DNA from: an uncultured Verrucomicrobiae bacterium
Lineage (GTDB): Bacteria; Verrucomicrobiota; Verrucomicrobiia; Chthoniobacterales; JAFAMB01
NCBI GenBank assembly: GCA_963762565.1
Contig: CAVXLD010000010.1
Coordinates: 224,001-288,000, forward strand
DNA: 64,000 nt
Direction: 5' to 3'
The notes beneath the pieces are model-generated. The model worked only from the letters and a program-made list of their open reading frames with translations, had not been told where the DNA came from and did no database searches. Each line of letters begins with the position of its first letter. Position 1 is the stretch's first letter. Positions 39,254 to 47,680 of this stretch are shown here, piece after piece. The position numbers were made by a program, and so were the translations under genes.

Positions 39254-40030
39254 ATGAAACTTACTCACAGATTATTTGTAATCCCGCTTGCGCTCGGAGC
39301 GATCGTCACGATCACGGACAGGGCGAAGGCTGCGGGAACTGGCCCGGTCACGACCAACCTGGGGCTATGGTTGGAAGCAGATCAGGGATTGGCCTCCGAC
39401 GGTTCAACTTGGGCCGACCAGTCGGGCCTGGGTAACAATGCCACCGCCCTCCCCGGCAAAAATCCCACTGTGGTGGCAGACGTCTTCAATGGACTGCCGG
39501 CAGTCGAGTTCCGTCATCAGGCGATGAGTTTAGCCGCTCCGCCGATCACTTCACAACAGTTCACCATCGTGGTTTTGGCCACTGACAAGACCAAGACAAA
39601 CAGCAAGAACACCGGATTCAGGGAAATTTTCTCGAACTGGGATGGGACTAATACAACGACCTCCGTGTTCCTTGGAAATACGTATGTCAATCCTATCAAG
39701 GTACGCTTCACTGATTACATCGGAGGAGAAGAGCAAGGCGACACGGGTGTCGGCATGATCGGTCGGGCGTCAAAAGGATTTGTCTTAGTCGGAGTGAGCA
39801 GTGCGACGGATGCGCAAGTCCTTCTAAACGGGAAACTCCTTTACGATCTGGGAACGACGCTAGCGCCGCGAGATTTGAGCACGAGCTTCTACCTGGGTGA
39901 ACAAGGCAGTTTTGCCGGAGAGTACTGGAACGGCGACATCGAAGAGATATTGGTTTACAACGTCGCGCTTACCCACAAAGAGATCGTGCAGGACTGCGAT
40001 TACTTGAAGGCGAAATACGCAATTCCGTAG
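39254..40030 (+). CDS. Secreted LamG/concanavalin-A-like protein
   Basis: Signal peptide, LGLWLEAD...WADQSG, NGLPAV, WNGDIEEILVYNVAL, YLKAKY. Confidence 0.8.
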   Translation: MKLTHRLFVIPLALGAIVTITDRAKAAGTGPVTTNLGLWLEADQGLASDGSTWADQSGLGNNATALPGKNPTVVADVFNGLPAVEFRHQAMSLAAPPITSQQFTIVVLATDKTKTNSKNTGFREIFSNWDGTNTTTSVFLGNTYVNPIKVRFTDYIGGEEQGDTGVGMIGRASKGFVLVGVSSATDAQVLLNGKLLYDLGTTLAPRDLSTSFYLGEQGSFAGEYWNGDIEEILVYNVALTHKEIVQDCDYLKAKYAIP

Positions 40031-40038
40031 ACGACGTA

Positions 40039-40070
40039 TGTGGGGTCATCACCAAGGCGATGACCCCACA
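40039..40070 (+). terminator. Hairpin after the LamG gene
   Basis: Perfect 12-bp stem TGTGGGGTCATC/GATGACCCCACA; no strong T-run. Confidence 0.5.
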
Positions 40071-40344
40071 ATTGGCGGGCGACTGCGGATCTAATCCAAA
40101 AAAACGAGGTTGGGATGTCGAGCGACTTCATTGACGGCATATTGACAGATACAGCCTCGTTTCGGTGCGTAGTGATGCGTTTCGGCTCGTATCTATTCCT
40201 ACGCAAGTGACTCTCTCCTAGGAAATTATACGGGTTCGAGCCCCGTTAACTCCGGAATGCTACTCACCAACTTATTTACCGCAAGAAGTGCGGTGAGTAA
40301 TCTGCTATTCACCGCAAATAAGGGCTTGTTTCCTCTGCTTCCCG

Positions 40345-40830
40345 CTACTTGGCCGCCGTTTCCTGGCTGAATAAGCAAACCCAACCATTCGCTCGCTTGG
40401 TCCAGAGCGCGGACACGTACACGTGAGCGGTAAATTCTTTACCGTGTGAGCTCCCTTTTTCGGTGACGTAGTAGGATATCAGGCCCGTGTCGGCTGAAAT
40501 GGGCAGGAACTTCTCATCTTCAATTTTGTAGTCCGCAAGCTTGAATCCCTCAGTGTGCTTGAGCACCTCTGCTTTGCTGGCTGGACCGAAGGCATCCACA
40601 AAAACCGCTTCATCCGCGATCAGATTTCCAAATGCGTTGAAGTCACCTGCTTTCAGGGCATCCAATTCCGCGCGTTCCTGGGCGAGGATTTGCTGACCAA
40701 CCGAGTTGTCCGAGATTGTTGGGGCGGGTGACGCCGGCGAAGGATCTGCGGCAGTGGCCTTTGGTCCGATGAGTAGGGTGCTGCCAACGCCAACTGCTGC
40801 AATGAGGATGCAAGCCGAGATTTTTTTCAT
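40345..40830 (-). CDS. Secreted NTF2-like (DUF4440) protein
   Basis: Signal peptide; ALKAGD..LIADEAVFVD, SALWTKRANGWVCLFSQET. Confidence 0.85.
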   Translation of the reverse strand: MKKISACILIAAVGVGSTLLIGPKATAADPSPASPAPTISDNSVGQQILAQERAELDALKAGDFNAFGNLIADEAVFVDAFGPASKAEVLKHTEGFKLADYKIEDEKFLPISADTGLISYYVTEKGSSHGKEFTAHVYVSALWTKRANGWVCLFSQETAAK

Positions 40831-40967
40831 AGTTCGTCCTGAAAGAGATTCCATTTGTAATTAGCTGAGTATCCGCAGGCAAAGGCACTGCCAGATGTTT
40901 CCGGTCTTGGCCAGCCGAAGCAAAATTCTCGTCTGTTTTAACGCGAACTTCTATAAACGGCCACGAT

Positions 40968-41339
40968 ATGCTGAAGCGATCGTTTATCCTTGTTCTTTTT
41001 CTAGTCTCGTTTGTCGCACTCGCTGCGCCAGCAGCCAACGTCGAAGTCGCCAGGGTGCCCATGCCACAACTCGCACCTCTACAATGGGAACTGCTGCGCC
41101 AACAACAAGGCGGTCACTTTCATCCGCTCGCCATCGATGTGAACCTTGCCATGAGATATGGGAAAATCTTGAGCGTGAGCGTCCGCCGCGGGACCGGACA
41201 CGACGATATCGACAAGACGATTGTGAAGTGGATTGAAACCAATTGGAAAACGTATCCTTCGTTCGCAGGCGGAGACAAATTTGTGATTTCGATGAATGTC
41301 GATCCGGCTGTTCGTGAGGTTGTGTTTCGGAGGAGCTAG
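40968..41339 (+). CDS. Small secreted TonB-C-terminal-like protein (paralog 1)
   Basis: Signal peptide; VSVRRGTGHDDIDKTIVKWIETNWK resembles the TonB_C SSG..LD...W motif. Confidence 0.6.
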   Translation: MLKRSFILVLFLVSFVALAAPAANVEVARVPMPQLAPLQWELLRQQQGGHFHPLAIDVNLAMRYGKILSVSVRRGTGHDDIDKTIVKWIETNWKTYPSFAGGDKFVISMNVDPAVREVVFRRS

Positions 41340-41617
41340 GAGCTAGGGGTGGCGTCGCGGCTTTGGTAGAGGCTCCAGAAGAGCCCGGTGATTGACCAAG
41401 GGTTAACCGCACGAACGCCGAGAGATAATGAGCAAGGCCGATAGACGCGCCGAGCCGTGGCCCACGATATACCACGGCTCGGCGCGATCTAAGAGGTAAC
41501 AGCACGAGGTGGAGTGACGTCACTTAAAGCTTCGCTCAAACGATTGAATTAATCGGGAGCCTCGCCCCACCAAGGCAACACGCCCTCCTAACTCCTAGAT
41601 TCTAGCTCCTAGCTCCT
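41331..41617. repeat. Family A split-REP element (41362-41571) nested in GGAGCTA heptamer arms
   Basis: Outer AGGAGCTAGGAGCTAG/CTAGCTCCTAGCTCCT; inner hairpin 41447-41485; GGAGCCTCGCCCCACC 41556-71. Confidence 0.88.
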
Positions 41618-41633
41618 CTATATTGGCGCTGCT

Positions 41634-42080
41634 ATGAAAAAGAGGCTTTTTGCGCTCTCGCTTTCTTTGTCTTTCCTAGTCTCTGCGCCAGCTGCGCTGG
41701 CAGGTTATGTCCAGATTGGCAGGGTTCCTATGCCGGAACTGACTTCATCGGAATGGGCCATGATAAGGCATCAGCAAGGACCGAATCCGCAAATCATCCC
41801 TGTGGATATAAACCTCGCTGTCAATCAGGGCGTCGTCTACGCGGTCAGTATCCGCCACGGAAGCGGCTACCTGGACATCGACAACACGATCGTGAGATGG
41901 ATCGCCACCAATTGGAGAACAGACAATTGGTTCAGGGGCGGCGATGCCTATGTTGTGTCTCTGGACGTAGATCCGGTTCTTCACCATGTCGTTTTCCGGA
42001 ACAACGATGGGAATGTCAGAAACACTGTTCCTTTGATCGAAACCCTTAGAGCGGACGCCTCATTGATAAAGGTAAACTGA
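41634..42080 (+). CDS. Small secreted TonB-C-terminal-like protein (paralog 2)
   Basis: Shares RVPMP.L...W...R.QQG, D.NLA, DID.TIV.WI.TNW, F.GGD..V.S..VDP with 40968-41339. Confidence 0.65.
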   Translation: MKKRLFALSLSLSFLVSAPAALAGYVQIGRVPMPELTSSEWAMIRHQQGPNPQIIPVDINLAVNQGVVYAVSIRHGSGYLDIDNTIVRWIATNWRTDNWFRGGDAYVVSLDVDPVLHHVVFRNNDGNVRNTVPLIETLRADASLIKVN

Positions 42081-42146
42081 CGGCCCTATCTAGACGCCGT
42101 AGCACTGGATCGCTCGCTTCCTTCGCGGTCATCCTCGATCGGGAAC

Positions 42147-42242
42147 AAAGTAAACAGTAATCAGTAATCAGTTTCGATCAGTTTTCGAGAACTGGCCAGC
42201 CGCCAGTTACTGATTACTGGCACACTGATTACTGATTACTTT
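42147..42242. repeat. CAGTAAT heptamer inverted-arm element between convergent genes
   Basis: aaagtaaacagtaatcagtaatcagt versus actgattactggcacactgattactgattacttt. Confidence 0.75.
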
Positions 42243-42283
42243 TGAGATCCGCGCGACAGACTATTGATCGGCCGCCCGGGCGG

Positions 42284-42691
42284 CTACTTCTTAGCGGCCG
42301 TTTCTTTCTCCGGAGCTGGTTTCTCTTCCACCACCGGCTGATCGACCCACTCGATGTAGGCCATGGGCGCTGAATCGCTGGCGCGTGGTCCGAGCTTGAT
42401 GATGCGCACATAACCGCCCGCTCGAGATCCGCTTCTGGGCGCCACATCCGCAAACAGCCTGCGAACCGCTTCCTTTTGTCTCAAGAAGGCGAAAGCCAGC
42501 CGGCGGGCATGCAGATCGTTACGTTTTCCCAGAGTAACCATTCTCTCGGCATAAGGCCGGACCGCCTTAGCTTTTGCCAGAGTCGTCCGGATCCGACTAT
42601 GCTCGATAAGGCTGCAGACCTGGTTGGCTAGCAGCAAATTCCGATGCTCGGCCTTCCGGCCGAGCTTAATGGTTTTCTTCGTGTGTCGCAT
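42284..42691 (-). CDS. rplQ: 50S ribosomal protein L17
   Basis: MRH..KLGR..HR, IRTTLAKAK, GGYVRIIKLGPR..DSAPMA. Confidence 0.98.
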   Translation of the reverse strand: MRHTKKTIKLGRKAEHRNLLLANQVCSLIEHSRIRTTLAKAKAVRPYAERMVTLGKRNDLHARRLAFAFLRQKEAVRRLFADVAPRSGSRAGGYVRIIKLGPRASDSAPMAYIEWVDQPVVEEKPAPEKETAAKK

Positions 42692-42697
42692 ATTAGA

Positions 42698-43732
42698 CTA
42701 GAGCGTGACGAGCTTGCCGTCATCGTTTCGGTCCACATTCGAGGTCGGTTCCACCAACCCCATTTCGAACTTCATCCCTAAGCTAAGCCCAAGCTGTTGT
42801 AACTTTTCTTTGATCTCGTTGAGAGATTTTTTTCCGAAATTCCGGTACTTCAGCATTTCGGCTTCCGTCTTCATCGCCAGTTGGCCGACGGTCGTGATAT
42901 TGGCATTGTTCAAGCAGTTGGCAGCTCGAACCGAGAGTTCGATCTCGTTAACGCTCATATTGAGCAGCTTCTTCAGCCGGGTATTTTCCTGACTGGTCTC
43001 TTCCGTGGTCTGGTCGAATTCGACCTGGCTATCATCGTAGTTTACGAACACGTCGAGGTGATGCCGCAGAATCGCCGAAGCCTGGAGCAACGCATCGTCC
43101 GGCGTAATCCGGCCATCGGTCCAAACCTCCAATAGGAGTTTGTCGTAGTCGGTTCGCTGCCCGACTCGGGTATTCTCGACCGCATACTTAACTCGGGTAA
43201 CCGGCGAGAAAATCGAATCGATCGGGATCACCCCAATCGGTGTATCCGGGCGTTTGTTTTCGTCTCCAGTAAAGAACCCGCGTCCGACTTTGACGTCGAA
43301 CTCCGCTTCAAATTTTTGCTTCTTGTCCAGCGTACAGATGAGTTGATCCGTGTTAAGGACTTCAATCCCGGTCACGGTCTGAATCTCGCCGGCCGTAATT
43401 GGTCCTTCCTTATTAACGGTCAGGCTGACGGTTCTAGGTTCGTGATCGACTGCCTTGAATTTCACTTTCTTGAGGTTGAGCACGATATCGGTCAGGTCCT
43501 CAACGACGCCCGGGAGCGAAGCGAACTCGTGTTCTGCTCCAAAAATGCGAATGCTGGTGATGGCTGCTCCTTCTAGCGAGGAAAGCAGAACTCGGCGAAG
43601 GGAGTTACCGACGGTGTGACCATATCCGGCCTCAAAAGGCTCGGCGATGAATTTTGCGTAAGTTTCGGTTGCTGTCGCCTCATCCTTAGTGAGGCTTTTG
43701 GGCATCTCGAAACGTCCAAGACGAACTGGCAT
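42698..43732 (-). CDS. rpoA: RNA polymerase alpha subunit
   Basis: EPFEAGYGHTVGNSLRRVLLSS, RVGQRTDYDKL, ELSVRAANCL, NFGKKSLNEI. Confidence 0.98.
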   Translation of the reverse strand: MPVRLGRFEMPKSLTKDEATATETYAKFIAEPFEAGYGHTVGNSLRRVLLSSLEGAAITSIRIFGAEHEFASLPGVVEDLTDIVLNLKKVKFKAVDHEPRTVSLTVNKEGPITAGEIQTVTGIEVLNTDQLICTLDKKQKFEAEFDVKVGRGFFTGDENKRPDTPIGVIPIDSIFSPVTRVKYAVENTRVGQRTDYDKLLLEVWTDGRITPDDALLQASAILRHHLDVFVNYDDSQVEFDQTTEETSQENTRLKKLLNMSVNEIELSVRAANCLNNANITTVGQLAMKTEAEMLKYRNFGKKSLNEIKEKLQQLGLSLGMKFEMGLVEPTSNVDRNDDGKLVTL

Positions 43733-43883
43733 AATCTTCTATTTCTTTTTAACCGGGTTACCCCTGACGCGTGCGGCTCCCAACGCTGCTGCTGGAGGCC
43801 CAGGGACCTACGGTCATTTAGTTGCTCGCGCGGAGCCGGGAACGAACACTAACCGCTCAGTTTTGTCAAATGGCGGGAAAACC

Positions 43884-44106
43884 AACCGCAGATGGACGCG
43901 GATAAGAGGTATTATCCGCAGATTACGCAGATTTCGCAGATTTCGATTCGGGGCTCTATGCTACCCAGGGTTACAGAAAACGCGACCGAGCCAGAAAGAT
44001 GTTTTCATCTGACGGATGTGCCCGGCACAAAACCGAAATCTGCGTAATCTGCGTAATCTGCGGATATTAACCTCTTATCTGCGTTAATCTGTGTCCATCT
44101 GCGGTT
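43884..44106. repeat. Nonamer (CGCAGATTA) inverted-arm element
   Basis: aaccgcagatggac...tatccgcagattacgcagatttcgcagatttcg versus cgaaatctgcgtaatctgcgtaatctgcggata...gtccatctgcggtt. Confidence 0.88.
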
Positions 44107-44186
44107 AAGGAGTTTGATTTCGTTTGCGTTCCCACGCGTCACGGCGTTGACGGCGCTACCGGTTGTGATTGGTTGCTGTCACTCCG

Positions 44187-45395
44187 ATGGCCCTCCACGA
44201 AGTTTTTGTTTATGACGCCCTGCGTACCCCCCGGACACGGGGGAAGCCGACCGGCGGGTTACATATCCTGACGCCGGTCGCTCTGGTTACCACTCTCCTT
44301 ACCGAACTGCGTAAGCGATACGCTGGCATCGAGTCGAAAGTGGACGAAGTGATCCTAGGTTGTTGCGAACAATTCAACGACCAGGGCGGGAACCTGGCGA
44401 GATCTGCGGCGCTGGCAGCTGGGTTCCCGAATCATGTGCCAGGTCTAATGGTCTCCCGCTTCTGCGGATCCGGCCTGGACGCAGTCAATACTGGTGCGGC
44501 CAAGGTGATGGCCGGCCAAGCCGATCTCCTCGTGGTCGGCGGAGTCGAAATGTTGTCGCTTTTTGCGATTTTCGGCTCCGGCGGTCCCATGGTGTCAGAC
44601 CCAGAATTCGAAGACCAGGTGCCACCAGTACCACAGGGAATTGCGGCAGATTTGATCGCAACGCTCCAAGGGTACAGCCGGCGAGATGTCGATAGTTTCG
44701 CCGCCGCCTCTCAACAACGAGCGGATGCCGCCTGGAGAAACGGTTGGTTTTCCAATTCAATTGTTCCTGTCGAAACCGCCGAAGGAACCGTGAAACTCGA
44801 CGAATTGGTCCGAGAAAACGTAACCACCGAAAGTCTGAGCAAGCTCACACCTGCTTTCGCCAAGCTAGGGGCCGAAGGTTACGAGGACCTGGTTCGCCTG
44901 CGTTACCCACAGGTCAGCCGGGTCAATTACGTACATCATGCCGGCAACTCTTCCGGTATCGCGGATGGCGCCGGGGTTGTTCTGCTCGGGAACCGCGAAA
45001 TTGGGCAGGCCTTTAACCTGCAGCCGCGGGCTCGCATCCTAGCAACGGCCAGCGCTGGCGATGAGCCTTGTATCATGCTCACCGCCCCGGCCGAAGCAAC
45101 CCGGCGGGCGCTGCGCCGGCTAGACTTTGAGTTTTCGGATATCGATTTGTACGAGGTAAACGAGGCATTTGCCTCCGTAGTTCTTTACTTCATGGAAAAA
45201 ACGAAGGTAACTCATGAAAAAGTGAACGTGGCCGGAGGCTCTATCGCCATGGGACATCCGGTGGGCGCTACGGGAGCAATGTTGGTTGGAACACTGGTTG
45301 ATGAGTTGCAGCGGCGACAACTCCAGCGAGGCGCCGTAACGATGTGCACGGGACTCGGGATGGGAGTCGCTACCATATTGGAATCGTGTCTATGA
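44187..45395 (+). CDS. Acetyl-CoA C-acyltransferase (thiolase)
   Basis: SRFCGSG (Cys), NEAFA, GHPVGATG, MCTGLG. Confidence 0.93.
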   Translation: MALHEVFVYDALRTPRTRGKPTGGLHILTPVALVTTLLTELRKRYAGIESKVDEVILGCCEQFNDQGGNLARSAALAAGFPNHVPGLMVSRFCGSGLDAVNTGAAKVMAGQADLLVVGGVEMLSLFAIFGSGGPMVSDPEFEDQVPPVPQGIAADLIATLQGYSRRDVDSFAAASQQRADAAWRNGWFSNSIVPVETAEGTVKLDELVRENVTTESLSKLTPAFAKLGAEGYEDLVRLRYPQVSRVNYVHHAGNSSGIADGAGVVLLGNREIGQAFNLQPRARILATASAGDEPCIMLTAPAEATRRALRRLDFEFSDIDLYEVNEAFASVVLYFMEKTKVTHEKVNVAGGSIAMGHPVGATGAMLVGTLVDELQRRQLQRGAVTMCTGLGMGVATILESCL

Positions 45396-47320
45396 TCGAG
45401 GTTATTCCGTTCCCCGCCCGCCTCTCCCCCTCCCTCGTTGCTGACCTCAAGCGGGCGGCAGAAGACCCGAAGGTCGAAGGGATCATCCTCGAATTTTCCG
45501 ACGCTAATGTGACTACTGAGGACGAGCTCCGTCTTTTGTTACGGGGCGATGATGTCATCCACCCGCTACGAGACACACTCCGATTGCTAGAGACGCAACC
45601 GAAGCCCTTGGTCGCTCTCATCCACCAGTCTTTGAGCGGTCTGGCCTTCGAGGTTTGTTTGGCGTGTCACACTCGCATAGTTTCAAATCCTGACGTCGCG
45701 TTTCACTGGGGGTGGTTCGATCTCGGCATATTGCCTGCCCTGGGGACTGGGCGCCGGCTTTCTCATATCGCCGGCCTTGAGAAGACGGTTCAGGTTTTGC
45801 TTTTCGGAGCGCGGCTTTCCCCGGCAGAGACCGCTGCTGAAAATGCCAAAGGCAACGATCGAGAAACCGCTGAAAATTGGATCAAAGAGCATCCGAAGCC
45901 GGTCCAGTCATGGGACGCGACCGATATCACCCGTTCGCCGCTCTCCAGTCAGGCCCTCGTCAATCGTGAGATCCTACAACACGCTTATATCCAGTTAAGG
46001 AAGCGAACCCCTGCCGGCGACGGGGCCGGGAGCTTATTGCTCCAAGCATTGCATGACGGTTTAGAACGCTCGTTCACTGGCGCGCTCCGGATAGAAAAGG
46101 CTGCGTTCCACAACGCGCGCGACCTGATGTCAACCAAGAATCGGATCTGGGTCCAAGAGCTAAGGCAGCGAGCGATCCGGCGTGCGGCCGATCAGACTGA
46201 TGCGGTCGAAGTGATCGGCGTGTTAGGCGCTGGTCTCATGGGGACTGGTATCGCGCTCAGCGCGCTGATGGCGGGACGCCAGGTGGTTTTATTCGAGATC
46301 GACGCCGAGGCAGCTAAGCGATCCGCTGCCAGAATCGAGAAAATATTAGGCCGGCAGCCTGCCGGTCAGCTCGCTGGGCTTCGTCTCACCCAGCAACTAG
46401 ACGATCTGTCCCACTGCGATTTCGTTATCGAAGCAGTATTTGAACGGTTTGACGTGAAAACCAATCTCCTCAAAAGGCTCGCTTCAGTCCTGTCGAGACC
46501 CACGGTCATCGCCTCCAACACTACCACTTTTCCGATTGCCGACTTAGCGACTGCGGTTCCGGATCCGGGCCGATTTATCGGCACTCATTTTTTCGCTCCG
46601 GTTGAGCAGATGGAGCTCTTGGAAATCATTCTTGGCCGCGAGACAACCGAAGAAACATTAAACAAAGCGTTGGCGTTAGCTAAAGCGCTCGGGAAAACGC
46701 CGGCAGTGGTTAAAGACGGCCCCGGCTTCTACACCAGCCGGGTGGTCATGGCTTACGTCCAAGAGGCGTTGTTCATGCTGGAAGAGGGCGCGAACCCAAC
46801 CTTAGTCGACCAGTGCGCTCGGAACGCCGGGATGGTGATCGGTCCTTTGGCCATGGCTGATCTTACCTCGCTGGAGTTGCTGGCTGACATTTTCCGAAAT
46901 CTACTAAAGCACGGGCGCGGTGCGGCGGCTGAGTCCGGGCGCACCCTTGAGATTCTTTCCCGGTTCCTTTCAACCGACCGCAAGGGCCGAAGATCCGGCT
47001 CGGGCATCTACGATTACCCTTCTCCATCTGGACGGCAGGAATGGCTGGGTCTGATCGACTGGTTCCCTCGTTCGGCCTTATCCGATGTCGAGATCACCGA
47101 CCGGCTTTTCTACATCCAAACCGTGGAAACGATGCGGACGTTGAAGGAAGGCATTATCGCCGAGGCCGAGACCGCCGATCTGGCGTCGGTATTGGGATGG
47201 CGATACCCGGTCTTCCGAGGCGGGACGATGCGATATCTGGAGAATGCAGGAAAAGATCGATTCGAAGCGACCCGGCATGGTTTGGAAAAAAAATTCGGTC
47301 TAAGGTTTGCATTGCCGTAG
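45392..47320 (+). CDS. FadB/FadJ-like 3-hydroxyacyl-CoA dehydrogenase with a degenerate crotonase domain
   Basis: GVLGAGLMG, IEAVFE, ASNTT, GTHFFAPV..MELLE; ATGA overlap with the thiolase stop. Confidence 0.88.
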   Translation: MIEVIPFPARLSPSLVADLKRAAEDPKVEGIILEFSDANVTTEDELRLLLRGDDVIHPLRDTLRLLETQPKPLVALIHQSLSGLAFEVCLACHTRIVSNPDVAFHWGWFDLGILPALGTGRRLSHIAGLEKTVQVLLFGARLSPAETAAENAKGNDRETAENWIKEHPKPVQSWDATDITRSPLSSQALVNREILQHAYIQLRKRTPAGDGAGSLLLQALHDGLERSFTGALRIEKAAFHNARDLMSTKNRIWVQELRQRAIRRAADQTDAVEVIGVLGAGLMGTGIALSALMAGRQVVLFEIDAEAAKRSAARIEKILGRQPAGQLAGLRLTQQLDDLSHCDFVIEAVFERFDVKTNLLKRLASVLSRPTVIASNTTTFPIADLATAVPDPGRFIGTHFFAPVEQMELLEIILGRETTEETLNKALALAKALGKTPAVVKDGPGFYTSRVVMAYVQEALFMLEEGANPTLVDQCARNAGMVIGPLAMADLTSLELLADIFRNLLKHGRGAAAESGRTLEILSRFLSTDRKGRRSGSGIYDYPSPSGRQEWLGLIDWFPRSALSDVEITDRLFYIQTVETMRTLKEGIIAEAETADLASVLGWRYPVFRGGTMRYLENAGKDRFEATRHGLEKKFGLRFALP

Positions 47321-47371
47321 GGGTGACGAACTTGCCGCGAAGCGGTTAAAGCAAGGGCCGGGCGCAAAACC

Positions 47372-47493
47372 GGGAGGGCGCGCGTCCCCGCGCGCCGCCA
47401 GGACCTGCCACCGCTCAACGAATATTTCGGGTCCGCGATCACAACGGGTCCTCGACTTCGGTAACAACGGATCGCGAGGACGCGATCCCTCCC
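47372..47493. repeat. REPIN doublet (GGAG-type), family I
   Basis: GGGAGGGCGCGCGTCCCCGCGCGCC (47372-96), 72 nt, GGATCGCGAGGACGCGATCCCTCCC (47469-93). Confidence 0.88.
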
Positions 47494-47680
47494 TGGCGAT
47501 GGACGCACCCACGATCCAAGAACGGCCTCGGGCCAAAAAGGCGCGGGCACACACCCGAATCGGCCTCCAAATCACTGACAAAAAATCGCCAAAACAGCGC
47601 TTTTCCCCTCGGGGCGTTACTCCAAGTTACAGATTTTCGTCGAGAATCCGGGAGCGGATAGATATATTGATGGCCAGATA

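Larger units (their letters stand above)
33939..40255. mobile_element. Degenerate genomic island integrated at the tRNA-Asp 3' end; no integrase recognised
   Basis: Perfect 25-bp direct repeat CGGGTTCGAGCCCCGTTAACTCCGG at 33939-33963 and 40231-40255; interior rich in pseudogenes. Confidence 0.88.

Noticed and set aside
40000..40206. Integrase C-terminal remnant (DIPT...RQLWGH)
   Set aside because: The WGH stretch is the translation of the 40039-70 hairpin; no HxxR motif or convincing catalytic Tyr context.
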